Shown one piece after another: positions 1 to 10,400 of a stretch of 64,000 nucleotides of DNA. The notes below the pieces were generated by a model that worked only from the letters and a program-made list of their open reading frames with translations, had not been told where the DNA came from and did not search any database. The position numbers were made by a program, and so were the translations under genes. The stretch is from Candidatus Latescibacterota bacterium. Lineage in GTDB: Bacteria > Krumholzibacteriota > Krumholzibacteriia > Krumholzibacteriales > Krumholzibacteriaceae. The stretch is taken from the NCBI GenBank assembly GCA_019038625.1, contig JAHOYU010000078.1, positions 1,687-65,686 of the forward strand, given 5' to 3'. Within the stretch, counting starts at the first letter, position 1. Every line of letters begins with the position of its first letter.

Positions 1-480
1 GGACATATGAAGATGTGGAGGAAGGGTCGCAAGAAAGTGACGAAGCAGGCTACCGAGATCGCTGCGGTCGAATTCAATGGAACAGCAGACATGTCGATCT
101 GTATTCCCATGGCCGAGGTAAAGACTTCCCTGGGCAAAGAGGGCGTAATGCTCGTAGATGTCAGGGATCCCGAAGAATATGCCGGCGAGAAGGGCATTAC
201 CGAGCGGAAGGGTCATCTTCCCGGAGCGGTCCGGTTCGATTTCAACAGTATCCTCAATGCTGATGGAACGGTAAAGAGCAAGGACGAGCTTGCGGCGCTG
301 TTTACGGCGGCTGGAATCGTATCTGGCAATCAGAACATCCTCTACTGTGACACAAGCATAAGAGCAGGAATGATCTACATGGTCCTTAACGCTATTCTGG
401 AATATCCGAATGTGAGGGTATATGACGGCGCCATGTCTGAATGGGCAGCCGACCCGGCAAATCCTCTCGATAAGGGTTAA
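1..480 (+). CDS. Rhodanese-domain sulfurtransferase, 5'-truncated by the window edge
   Basis: Frame is open from base 1; LVDVRDPEEY, GHLPGA, active-site loop YCDTSIR, C-terminal VYDGAMSEW signature. Confidence 0.88.
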   Translation, partial: GHMKMWRKGRKKVTKQATEIAAVEFNGTADMSICIPMAEVKTSLGKEGVMLVDVRDPEEYAGEKGITERKGHLPGAVRFDFNSILNADGTVKSKDELAALFTAAGIVSGNQNILYCDTSIRAGMIYMVLNAILEYPNVRVYDGAMSEWAADPANPLDKG

Positions 481-503
481 GACCGGTTCTGAAAGGAGTT
501 CTT

Positions 504-863
504 ATGAGCAAGATGGCAATGACCATAAACGGCGCGAAAGCTGACAACATTTTCCCGGCGATAACGCTGGCGGTGTCCGCGGCAGCTACCGGCGACGAAG
601 TGATCATCTACTTCACCCCCGGCGGAGCCCCGATCCTTGTCAAAGGCGCGATGGAAAAGCTGAACGAAGAGACGGCGAACATGCCGGATCTCATGGAGAT
701 GATGGAAGGGCTGAAAATGCTGGGCGCGCGACTTCTGATGTGTGAGCTGGCGTTGGAGGCAAACGGCATCAAAGAAGAAGATCTTATGGAGGAAGTAGAA
801 GTAGTCGGCGCAACTACATTTGTCGGAGCGGCAGATGGCGCCGGACTTACATTCTCGTTCTAG
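504..863 (+). CDS. DsrE/DsrE2-like (peroxiredoxin-family) sulfur relay protein
   Basis: 119 aa; AAATGDEVIIYFT, conserved Cys in RLLMCE, VVGATTF; RBS AGGAG; next to tusA. Confidence 0.8.
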   Translation: MSKMAMTINGAKADNIFPAITLAVSAAATGDEVIIYFTPGGAPILVKGAMEKLNEETANMPDLMEMMEGLKMLGARLLMCELALEANGIKEEDLMEEVEVVGATTFVGAADGAGLTFSF

Positions 864-889
864 ACACGATTGACAGAGAGGAGAAAATT

Positions 890-1114
890 ATGGCTGTAGT
901 ACAGCTGGACGCGATGGGGTTGAAGTGCCCCCAGCCGATACTCAAGGTAATGGCTTTGATCCCGACGCTGACCGGAGGCGAGATCCTTGAAGTAACAGCG
1001 GATTGCCCTTCGTTTCCTACGGATATCAAGGCATGGGCCGAGAAGACAGGCAAGCCCCTTCTCATGTGTTCGAGCGACGGTACTGGCAAGCATACGGCTC
1101 AGATACAGCTTTAG
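890..1114 (+). CDS. tusA: TusA-family sulfur carrier
   Basis: 74 aa; LDAMGLKCPQP (CPxP) and DIKAWA. Confidence 0.9.
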   Translation: MAVVQLDAMGLKCPQPILKVMALIPTLTGGEILEVTADCPSFPTDIKAWAEKTGKPLLMCSSDGTGKHTAQIQL

Positions 1115-1126
1115 AGAGATCGGATC

Positions 1127-1176
1127 AGGGGCGCTCCGAAAAGAGGAGCCTGTGGCTTCGTTATTTGGACGCCCCT
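1127..1176 (+). other. Long imperfect intergenic stem-loop
   Basis: AGGGGCG-TCCGAA..GGAGCC-TGT-GGCTTC..TTTGGA-CGCCCCT pairs along about 50 nt; no U-tract. Confidence 0.5.
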
Positions 1177-1204
1177 TCCTTATCATCGGTTCTGGACAGG
1201 GAAG

Positions 1205-1654
1205 ATGCAGGAGATCATGGAAAATCAGGAACTGGATCAATTTAAACCAAAAATAGTCGGATTTCTGTGCAACTGGTGCACATACGCGGCAGCTGATCTC
1301 GCGGGTTCGTCGAAGATGGAGATCGATCCGGCACTCACCGTAATCAGGGTGATGTGTTCGAGCAGGGTCGACCATAATCTCGTTTTGACGACTTTTTTCA
1401 GCGGCGCAGACGGCGTGTTGATCGCAGGATGTCATCCGGGCGATTGCCACTATGGAGCTGGCAACTATTACGCGAGGCGCCGGTACGCTCTTCTGAAAAA
1501 AGTGATGGAGTCTCTTGGCCTCGAATCCGAAAGGCTGAAATTGTCATGGATCTCCGCCGCCGAGGGCAACCGCTACGCTGAAGTCGTAAACGGTTTTTCA
1601 GATAAGATCAGGCAATTGGGACCCAACCCGATCAATAAGATGTCAGGCTTATAG
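1205..1654 (+). CDS. mvhD: MvhD/FlxD-family [2Fe-2S] protein, copy 1
   Basis: FLCNWCTYAAAD, VMCSSRV, GCHPGDCHY, WISAAEG. Confidence 0.93.
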   Translation: MQEIMENQELDQFKPKIVGFLCNWCTYAAADLAGSSKMEIDPALTVIRVMCSSRVDHNLVLTTFFSGADGVLIAGCHPGDCHYGAGNYYARRRYALLKKVMESLGLESERLKLSWISAAEGNRYAEVVNGFSDKIRQLGPNPINKMSGL

Positions 1655-1670
1655 TAAAGGTTAAGCAAAT

Positions 1671-2969
1671 ATGAGTCATTCAGAAAACGTTCTGATAATC
1701 GGAGCCGGCCTGGCCGGGATGACAGCGGCCCTTGAACTGGCACATGCCGGCAAGAAGGTCCACATTGTCGAACGGCTGCCCCTGATCGGGGGCAAGGTCA
1801 TCAAGGACGAGGAGAGTTTTCCCAATCTCGAATGTTCCACCTGTATGGTGGCGCCCGTGCAGCAGGACGTGCTGCAGAATCCTAATATCGTGACCATGAC
1901 TTTTAGTAATGTGGAAAAAATAGAGGGCGAAGCAGGTACTTTCCACGTCACAATAAAGAAGAACGCCCGTTATGTCAGTATGACCGATTGTATAGGGTGC
2001 GGGATGTGTTACGAGCCTTGTCCCGTAACGCAGAAGAACGAATGGGAAGAAAATCTCGGTGATATAAAAGCTATTTACGTTCCCTGCGCGGGTGCGCTTC
2101 CCAATGTGCCGGTCATAGATGCTCAGATCTGCCTCAAGCTCACGGGGAAAGAAGAGTGCAGTGCCTGCGCCGATTCATGCATGTTCGGAGCGATAAAGCT
2201 TGATGATACAGATGAGATTGTGGAGCTTGACGTGGGAGCGATCGTCGTCGCGACCGGAGCCGGGAACTATGATGCCACTACCCTGCCTCAGCTCGGATAC
2301 GGAAAACTTCCCGGAGTATATACGCCTTTCGAATTTGAGAGGCTTTTCGCGTCGAACGGCCCGACCCTGGGAGAATTGACCCTCCGTGACTCTGAAAAGA
2401 ATCCTGAAAAAGTAGTCATCGTACATTGTGTCGGGCGCGAGGAAGTGGGCTATTGTTCCAGCGTCTGTTGCATGTATTCGATGAAATTTGCTCATTTCAT
2501 AAAAAAGAAACTGCCCGACGCGGAGATATTCAATATCTATTCAGATGTCTGCGTGCCAGACAAAAACTATCAGAAATTCTTTAGAAAAGTAGAGGGAGCC
2601 GATACGAAGATGATCTTTTCTCCCGCGATAGACAGCGTGAAAGTGTCGGGGAACGGTTCGGGAATGAAGGTTTCCTATAGCAGTGGAGACGGGTCCGATG
2701 AATCGCTGGACGCGGACATGGTGATATTGGCTACTGCTGTCGTACCCGATCCCGAAGCCGGGACGCTGGCGGAGATGGTGGGCCTCGAGCTGGATCAGCA
2801 TGGCTTTATGGCGGTGAAGGACGATGTCGCTGGTTCAGTTGAAACATCAAGAGAGGGCCTGTTCGTCGCCGGAACTGCGGAAGGACCAAAAGACGTTCAG
2901 ACGGCTGTCATCCAGGCGGAAGCAGTAGTCGGCAGAGTGATGTCATATCTTGGGAAGGTGACCGGATGA
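1671..2969 (+). CDS. hdrA: HdrA-like FAD module with inserted 2[4Fe-4S] ferredoxin (N-half type)
   Basis: GAGLAG Rossmann motif, CIGCGMCYEPCP, HCVGR..YCSSVCC, GPKDV. Confidence 0.85.
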   Translation: MSHSENVLIIGAGLAGMTAALELAHAGKKVHIVERLPLIGGKVIKDEESFPNLECSTCMVAPVQQDVLQNPNIVTMTFSNVEKIEGEAGTFHVTIKKNARYVSMTDCIGCGMCYEPCPVTQKNEWEENLGDIKAIYVPCAGALPNVPVIDAQICLKLTGKEECSACADSCMFGAIKLDDTDEIVELDVGAIVVATGAGNYDATTLPQLGYGKLPGVYTPFEFERLFASNGPTLGELTLRDSEKNPEKVVIVHCVGREEVGYCSSVCCMYSMKFAHFIKKKLPDAEIFNIYSDVCVPDKNYQKFFRKVEGADTKMIFSPAIDSVKVSGNGSGMKVSYSSGDGSDESLDADMVILATAVVPDPEAGTLAEMVGLELDQHGFMAVKDDVAGSVETSREGLFVAGTAEGPKDVQTAVIQAEAVVGRVMSYLGKVTG

Positions 2970-4651
2970 AAGCAAAAGTCGGAGTATATGTATGTGAATG
3001 CGGCCCGAACATCTCCGAGAAGATAGATATCGACAGGATACTGGAGGCTCTGCCCGGACTCGAGGAGTACAGGGATATCGAGCTTGTCGTGAAGAGATTC
3101 GGCCTGCTCTGTTCAGGAGATGGAAAAACATTTCTTGAAGATGAGATTAACAATAATGGACTTACTCATCTTGTTCTGGGCGCCTGTTCGCCCCGCGACC
3201 ATGACAAGACCTTCATCGCGGTCTGCAAGAAGACCAGCCTCAATCCGTTCCTTTACAAGATAATCAATATCCGTGAGCACTGTGCGTGGATCATTCCGGA
3301 TAAGGACCAGGCTACTGATAAGGCGATCACATACATGAGGGCTGGTATCAACAGGGTGCTGTTTCAGTCGGCTCTCATGGAGAAGAAACTCGATATCAAT
3401 CCGGATGTCATCATAGTCGGCGGCGGGATAGCGGGGATCGAAGCATCTCTTTCTCTCGCGGCAAAAGATAGAATGGTCTATCTGGTCGAAAAGGATGACC
3501 ATCTCGGCGGTAAGGCTGTTTTGTTCGGCGGACTTCTTCCCAGGCAGGGTGGAGGATCAGCAAAGATCAGAGAAAAGATAGAGAGTGTGCTCGGCAATGA
3601 CAGGATAAAGGTATACCTCGAATCGGAACTTAAAAACGTTATCGGGTTCCTCGGCAATTTCGAAGTAATGGTAGCCGGTGGGGAAGGCGGAGAGGAAAGA
3701 GAGCTCAAGGTCGGAGCGATAATAGTCGCAACGGGCAGCGGGATGTCTGATCCATCCGCTCTCGATGGCCTGAAGTATTCGGAAGCAGATGAAGTCATCA
3801 CATCCATGGACGCAGAGCGGATGTTCGCGAAAGATGGGAAGATCTCGTTGAAATCGGGTGGGGAACCAAAATCGGTTGCCCTGATCCACTGCGTAGGCAG
3901 AGAGGAAAAGGGATACTGTTCGAGGATCTGTTGCAACTATATGATGAAGATCGCTGGCTATCTGAAGGATCAGTCGGCGGATATGAGGGTCATAGAGTTT
4001 CACCGGGGGCTCTGTCTGCCGGACAAGGCTGACCAGGGATTCCAGAAAGAGACCGAAGGACGCGGGGTTGAGTTCAAGAGAGTACGGGAATTGACAATAG
4101 CAGGAACAAAAGTCAACGCTGAAGGGATGGACGGCAAGTCCGAGGCCCTCGATTTCGACCTGGTCATCCTGGCTCCTGCTCTAGAACCGTCCGAGGGAAC
4201 GGAAGGTATGGCCGAGCTTCTGGGCGTTCCATTGAGCGAGTCGGGGTATTATCAGGAGATCCACCAGACTACCAACCCGGTCGCTACATCGATCGAGGGT
4301 GTATTTGTAGTTGGAGCAGCGCACAGCCCCAAGGGTATAACGGATTCGATGCTGTTCGCGCAGGCCTCGGCGGGAAAGATACTCAGTCAGCTGATTCCAG
4401 GAGGAAAGATCACACCCGAGATCAAGGTCTCCGAGATCCTCGAAGCGTATTGCACGGGATGTGGAAATTGTCTCGATGTCTGTGTTTACGGGGCGATTTA
4501 TTACGATGAGGGTAGAGGCATATCCGTTGTCAACGAAGCGGTGTGCAGAGGTTGCGGAAACTGTTTCGGAAGCTGCCCGTCGGGCGCGCTCCGCACGAAA
4601 CATTTTACCAATACCCAGCTATACGAAGAAATGAGAGAGGCTATACGATGA
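2966..4651 (+). CDS. hdrA: HdrA-like subunit (C-half type) with N-terminal CxCG domain and C-terminal ferredoxin
   Basis: VGVYVCECG, ACSPR, NIREHCAW, GGGIAG, two CxxCxxCxxxC at the C-terminus; ATGA overlap with the upstream gene. Confidence 0.87.
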   Translation: MKAKVGVYVCECGPNISEKIDIDRILEALPGLEEYRDIELVVKRFGLLCSGDGKTFLEDEINNNGLTHLVLGACSPRDHDKTFIAVCKKTSLNPFLYKIINIREHCAWIIPDKDQATDKAITYMRAGINRVLFQSALMEKKLDINPDVIIVGGGIAGIEASLSLAAKDRMVYLVEKDDHLGGKAVLFGGLLPRQGGGSAKIREKIESVLGNDRIKVYLESELKNVIGFLGNFEVMVAGGEGGEERELKVGAIIVATGSGMSDPSALDGLKYSEADEVITSMDAERMFAKDGKISLKSGGEPKSVALIHCVGREEKGYCSRICCNYMMKIAGYLKDQSADMRVIEFHRGLCLPDKADQGFQKETEGRGVEFKRVRELTIAGTKVNAEGMDGKSEALDFDLVILAPALEPSEGTEGMAELLGVPLSESGYYQEIHQTTNPVATSIEGVFVVGAAHSPKGITDSMLFAQASAGKILSQLIPGGKITPEIKVSEILEAYCTGCGNCLDVCVYGAIYYDEGRGISVVNEAVCRGCGNCFGSCPSGALRTKHFTNTQLYEEMREAIR

Positions 4652-5811
4652 ACGATTCTGCAGCACTGGGAGCGAAGACGAAGGCGGCTGACGGTCCGGG
4701 AGAGGCGATAAGAGCTTTTCTCAGGATGGCGGTGGAAAAGAAGGTCGCCGACGCGGTTCTTGTCCCGGTAAAAGTCCCGGCAGGGAATTCTTACGCATGG
4801 ATACTGGCGACAGACATGTCGATCCTTGATGAGGCCTCGCCGATAGCGCCCGTAATGCCGGTCCAGGGAGCGAAAGCTCTGAAGAGCCTGACAAGGAAAG
4901 GGCACGGCGAGCTGACTGTGATGGCCGTGATGAGGCCCTGCGAGATACGGGGGACGTTTGAGCTCCTCAAGCTCAATCAGGTGAACCTCGAGAAAGTGAT
5001 CCTGGTCAGTTACGATTGCCCGGGCGCCATTCCTTTCCGCGATTATGTGAAAGATCCGGGGGTTGGCGAAAAGAATTTTCAGGCAGTCATGTCGGCAGGT
5101 ACGCCCGCAGAGGAAAATGTCAAACCGGCCTGTATCATCTGCGACGAGTTTTCACAGGTAGACTCCGACATTCATTTCGGATGGTTCGGAGAGTCTGAAG
5201 ATTCGGTTATCGTCCTTCCGTTCAGTAATAAGGGTGGGGAAGTACTGGAATCAATGGGGATGGAATGTTCCGATGATATTTCCGACTGGAAGAAGACGGT
5301 CGCGGGGCTGAAGGAAAAGAAGACAGGGACACGGACCACTACTCTCGCCGAAACAGGCAAAAAGGTTCAGGGGCTGGATGGTCTCATGGGCACGTTCAGT
5401 GAATGTATCGGATGTCACAATTGCATGGCCGTATGTCCCATCTGTTATTGCAGACAATGTTATTTTGATTCGGAAGTCGCAAAGAAGACTTCCGATTTTA
5501 TTCTTGAGACCGCAAAAAAACGTGGTGGATTCGCATTTCCGTCTGACAGAGTGATGTTCCATACGGGCAGGATGACTCACATGAGTCTCTCCTGCGTATC
5601 CTGCGGAATGTGCACCGACGCATGCCCGGTCGATATACCTGTCGCGGAAATTTTCAGTTACATGGCCGACATCACGCAGCCGGCGTTCGAATATACTGCC
5701 GGCCGCAACGACGGAGTTCCCCTGCCACTGAGAAAATATGAGGAGAAAGAAGTGCCCCAGGTACACGAGATAGTGAAAGAAGCCGAGGGAGAGGAGGCTG
5801 CTCATGAGTAG
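4648..5811 (+). CDS. FdhB/FlxC-like Fe-S protein
   Basis: RPCEIR, CIGCHNCMAVCPICYC, FHTGRMTH, CVSCGMCTDACP; start moved to the ATG overlapping the hdrA stop. Confidence 0.8.
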   Translation: MNDSAALGAKTKAADGPGEAIRAFLRMAVEKKVADAVLVPVKVPAGNSYAWILATDMSILDEASPIAPVMPVQGAKALKSLTRKGHGELTVMAVMRPCEIRGTFELLKLNQVNLEKVILVSYDCPGAIPFRDYVKDPGVGEKNFQAVMSAGTPAEENVKPACIICDEFSQVDSDIHFGWFGESEDSVIVLPFSNKGGEVLESMGMECSDDISDWKKTVAGLKEKKTGTRTTTLAETGKKVQGLDGLMGTFSECIGCHNCMAVCPICYCRQCYFDSEVAKKTSDFILETAKKRGGFAFPSDRVMFHTGRMTHMSLSCVSCGMCTDACPVDIPVAEIFSYMADITQPAFEYTAGRNDGVPLPLRKYEEKEVPQVHEIVKEAEGEEAAHE

Positions 5812-6901
5812 GATAGATGTACAGAAAGCTTCCTCTAAAGGATTGAAAGAGCTAATCGCCTATCTGCTCGAGAGCGGGAGAGTCTCAGCTGTATTTTCCT
5901 TGAGAAAGGATTCGAAAACCGGCTCTTATGACCTCGGCCTGATCACTGAAGAGGCCGGGATGGAAACAGCGGAACCGCTGGCGCCGGTCATGATAGCGAA
6001 CGCGGGACAGGTTCTTTCCTCCTTCGCTCCACCGGCAGAACCGATAGCCGTGGTCCTGAAGCCATGCGAACTCAGAGCCTTTATCGAAAGAGCAAAGAGG
6101 GAGCAGGGCAGCCTGGAGAATATCCTGACAATATCCATGACCTGCGGTGGAGTCCTGACGCGGGACAGGGTCGTCAGCGGATTCGACAGTGACAAGGTCG
6201 GCGATTATGAAAATCATTGTTTTGCTGGAGATATACATCCCGAGACTCGTGATACCTGCAAGGCATGTGAATATTTTGTTCCCATGAATGCCGACATAAC
6301 CGTTTCTATGGCAGGCCAGGAAGATGCCGGGACCAGGTGCCATATATATCTGAACACCGATCTGGCCAGGGAAATGGCGAAGGGGTTCGGCCCGGACCCT
6401 GCCGAAGAAGATTTCGATAGCTCGATTACCGAGGGGCTGGCATCAAAAAGGGCGGCTGAAAAAGAGAGGCTTTACGGCGCGGTGATGTCGGGCAAGGGTG
6501 GGCTGGATGCCGTTATCGATACGTTCGGAAAATGTCTGGGATGTCACGGTTGCAGCAGGGTCTGTCCGATATGTTATTGCATGATCTGTGATTTCGAATC
6601 GAGAAATTTCGATAACGACATGCCGTATTTCGAAAAAGAACTGGAGCAGAAAGGGGCGCTGAGGCTTCCTCCGGATACGATGTTCTTTCATATAGGCAGG
6701 ATGATCCACATGAGTTTTTCATGTGTAGGTTGCGGCCAGTGTTCCGATGTCTGTCCGGCTGATATCCCGGTGGCGTCAGTGTTCAAGAAGGTCGGCGAAC
6801 AGACCGCGGCGATATTCGAATATGTGCCCGGCAGGGACATCGAGGAATCGATACCTGTGATGGTGTTCAAGGAAGAAGAGTTTACAGAATTTATTGACTG
6901 A
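5804..6901 (+). CDS. FdhB/FlxC-like Fe-S protein, paralog 2
   Basis: KPCELR, CLGCHGCSRVCPICYC, FHIGRMIH, CVGCGQCSDVCP. Confidence 0.8.
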   Translation: MSRIDVQKASSKGLKELIAYLLESGRVSAVFSLRKDSKTGSYDLGLITEEAGMETAEPLAPVMIANAGQVLSSFAPPAEPIAVVLKPCELRAFIERAKREQGSLENILTISMTCGGVLTRDRVVSGFDSDKVGDYENHCFAGDIHPETRDTCKACEYFVPMNADITVSMAGQEDAGTRCHIYLNTDLAREMAKGFGPDPAEEDFDSSITEGLASKRAAEKERLYGAVMSGKGGLDAVIDTFGKCLGCHGCSRVCPICYCMICDFESRNFDNDMPYFEKELEQKGALRLPPDTMFFHIGRMIHMSFSCVGCGQCSDVCPADIPVASVFKKVGEQTAAIFEYVPGRDIEESIPVMVFKEEEFTEFID

Positions 6902-6938
6902 TAGAAGGCGCGGATAGAAGCCGGCCGGGGAGCGGGAG

Positions 6939-7364
6939 ATGGAAAAGAAATTCGTACCAAGAATAACGAGTTTTCTCTGCACATGGTGTTCGTATACCGG
7001 TGCGGATCTGGCCGGAACGGGGAGGATGCAGTACCCGACAGCGATCATACCGATCAAGGTGATGTGCTCAAGCCGCGTGGATCCTGTTTTTATCCTCAAG
7101 GCGTATCTGAAAGGTTCCGACGGAGTGTTTCTCGGTGGCTGCCATCCAGGCGATTGTCATTACGAAGTGGGAAACTACCATACACGCAGAAGATTCGCGA
7201 TTGTGAAAAAGGTATTTGAATTGCTCGGCCTGGAATCGGAAAGGCTCCGGCTGTCATGGATATCGGCCTCTGAAGGCCCGAAGTTTGCCAGGGTGGCGAA
7301 CGAATTCACAGAAAAGATCATTGAGATGGGTGAGAACGAAGCAAAGAAAAAGATATTTCTATAG
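6939..7364 (+). CDS. mvhD: MvhD/FlxD-family protein, copy 2
   Basis: LCTWCSYTGAD, CSSRVDP, GCHPGDCHY, WISASEG. Confidence 0.93.
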   Translation: MEKKFVPRITSFLCTWCSYTGADLAGTGRMQYPTAIIPIKVMCSSRVDPVFILKAYLKGSDGVFLGGCHPGDCHYEVGNYHTRRRFAIVKKVFELLGLESERLRLSWISASEGPKFARVANEFTEKIIEMGENEAKKKIFL

Positions 7365-7405
7365 CCAAACATGGCGAGTCACAGCGAAGGCTCAAGGAAG
7401 GACCG

Positions 7406-10400
7406 ATGGGTACCAAAAGGAAATCAGCACTTGTTGTAGGCGCTGGAATAGCGGGGATTCAGGCAGCTCTTGATCTTGCGGATATGGGAGTGAAAGTACA
7501 TCTCATTGAGGATACACCGACTATCGGCGGACGCATGCCGCAGCTCGATAAGACATTTCCTACAAACGACTGTTCCATGTGCATCCTTTCGCCCAAGATG
7601 AGTGAGTGTTCAAGGCATCCGAATATTACTATTCATATCCTTTCTTCTCTTGATTCGATATCGGGAGTCCCCGGTAATTTTACATGCACTATCACCGAGA
7701 GGGCGAAGTATGTCGATCCGGTCAAATGCGTGGCCTGCGGACTCTGCGAGGAAAAGTGTCCTGTCAAGATATCTGATGATTTCGACACAGGCCTGAGAAA
7801 CCGCAAGGCTATCTCGAGGTATTTTCTCCAGTCCATCCCGGCCGAATATACGATCGACGCGGAGAAGTGCCTTTACCTGACAAAAGGTGTATGCAGACTT
7901 TGCGAAAAGGTCTGTACCGCCGGCGCGATAAAATACGACGATACCGACAAGGCGATCGAACTCAAAGTCGGCGCCGTCATCATGGCTGCTGGTATAGATC
8001 CCTTCGACCCGATCGGATTCGGTCATTTCGGATATAAAAGGTACGACAATGTAGTCACCTCCCTGGAGTTTGAGAGGATGCTGTCGGCTTCCGGTCCGCT
8101 GGGAGGACACGTGGTCAGGGCCTCTGACGGGAAAGAACCAAAAAGGCTCGCGTTCATCCAGTGCGTAGGGTCGAGGGACGAGGGGATAAAGAAAAATTAC
8201 TGTTCATCGGCGTGTTGTATGTTCGCGATCAAACAGTCGATAATTGCCAGGGAACATATAAAAGATCTCGATGCCACGATCTTCTACATGGATATAAGGG
8301 CGTTCGGCAAGGATTTCGACAAGTACTATGATAAGGCCGAGAATCAGTACAACGTGAAATTCACAAGGTCGAAGGTCGCGGACATCCTCGAAAACGATGA
8401 TGGCACGCTGAGGCTGAGGCATACGCTGGAGAACGGCGAGATCCACTACGAGGAGTTCGACATGGTCGTACTCTCGATCGGCCTTCAGGCCCGGGAAGCG
8501 AACAAGGTTCTGTCGAAAGATCTGGACTTCAAACTCAACGAATTTGGTTTCTGCCGTTCGGACAGGTTCAAACCGCTTCAGACGACTCGCGAGGGGATCT
8601 TTGTCTGCGGCGCGATGAACGGGCCGAAGGATATCCCCGAGTCGGTCGTATCGGCATCGGGAGCCGTGGCCAACGCGGTGAGGTTCCTCAAGCTTGAGAG
8701 ACAGGAACTTCCCTCTGGCGAAGATGCCATACAGGAAAAAGATGTTTCAGGCGACCGGCCGCGAGTCGGCGTGTTTGTCTGCCACTGCGGGATTAATATC
8801 GCGGGTGTGGTCGACGTGAAGAACGTGGCCGAATATGCCTCGACCCTGGAAAATGTCGAGCATTCCGAAGATGTCATATATGCCTGTTCACCTGATGGCC
8901 TGGAAACGATAAAGAAAAGGATCGAGGAGCAGGGACTCAATCGGGTAGTGGTCGCGGCTTGTACGCCCAGGACTCATGAGCCTCTGTTCAGGGAGACGAT
9001 CAACGAGAAGGGGCTCAACCCCTATCTCTTTGAGATGGCCAATATACGCGATCAATGTTCATGGCCCCATATGGATCAGCCAGAACTGGCCACGACAAAA
9101 TCCCGCGACCTCGTTGAGATGGGTGTCGCGAAAGCAAGAGGGCTTACACCGTTGAAGAGGCTGCCGATAGGGATAGATCCGAAAGCCCTTGTCGTTGGTG
9201 GTGGTCTTGCAGGCATGACGGCGGCTCTGTCGCTTGCCGATGCCGGGCAGCAGGTATATCTGGTCGAGAAGGAAGCCGAGCTCGGCGGGAATATGAGAAA
9301 TATCTTTTTCAATTTCGGCGACGACCCCCAGGTCTTCTTAAAGAAATTGATCAAGCAGGTCAAGCGGCACAAGAAGATAGACGTCTTTACTGGAAGTAGG
9401 ATAGATAATATTGCTGGATACATAGGCAATTTCAAGACCACGGTGAACGGAAGTAATGGAGGGGGCTCCAGCACGGTTGATCATGGAGTCGTTATCGTAG
9501 CGACAGGCGGAGAAGAACACGAGACCGAAGAATACATGTCGGGGAAAAGCACGAGGATAGTCAGCCAGGTCGAGTTCGAGCGCATGCTCAAGGAAAACGA
9601 CTTTCCTGTCGGCAGGCTGAATAAAGTCGTGATGATCCAGTGCGTAGGTTCTAGAGAGGAAGGCCGGATGTACTGCAGCAGGGTCTGTTGTACCAAGGCG
9701 GTCAAGAACGCACTCGAATTGAAAAAACTCAAGGCGAAGGCAGACATCTACTTCGCGTACAGAGATATGAGGACTTATGGGTTCAGAGAGAAATATTACA
9801 CTGACCTCCGGGATGAAGGGGCAGTATTTCTCCGATATTCACTTGAACAGAAACCGGTCGTAAAGCTGATCGATCCGGAAGAACCCGATAGCAGGGCTAT
9901 AGTCACTGTCGTCGATCCGATCCTCGAAAAGGAAGTCGTTATCGAAGCAGATCTACTTGTCCTGGCCAAGGCGATCGACGCGCCGAAAGAGAACGAAGAG
10001 TTGGCGAAGATGCTGAAGGTCCCCCTGAACGGGGAAGGGATGTTCCTCGAGGCCCACGTGAAGCTGCGGCCTGTTGATTTTGCTACGGAAGGCGTTTTCG
10101 TATGTGGTCTGGCTCACGGGCCGAAAGATATGGACGAATCCCTCGCCCAGGCAAGGGCAGCGGCGAGCAGGGCGCTGACCTTCCTTAACAGGAAGGAGAT
10201 CCTGGCCGAGGGCACGATATGCCAGGTCCAGGAATCCCGATGCTCGGGGTGTGCCTATTGTGAATCTATATGCGCCTATTCCGCGATCGAGGTCGACCCG
10301 GAAAAGCAGATCGCCATTGTCAACGAGGCTCTCTGCAAGGGTTGTGGAGCATGCGCAGCTTCATGCCGTTGCGGGGCACTGGATTTGAGAGGGTTTACGA

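Noticed and set aside
1671..4651. QmoAB assignment
   Set aside because: No fused MvhD domain, no QmoC or aprAB nearby, and the first gene has an inserted ferredoxin unlike QmoA
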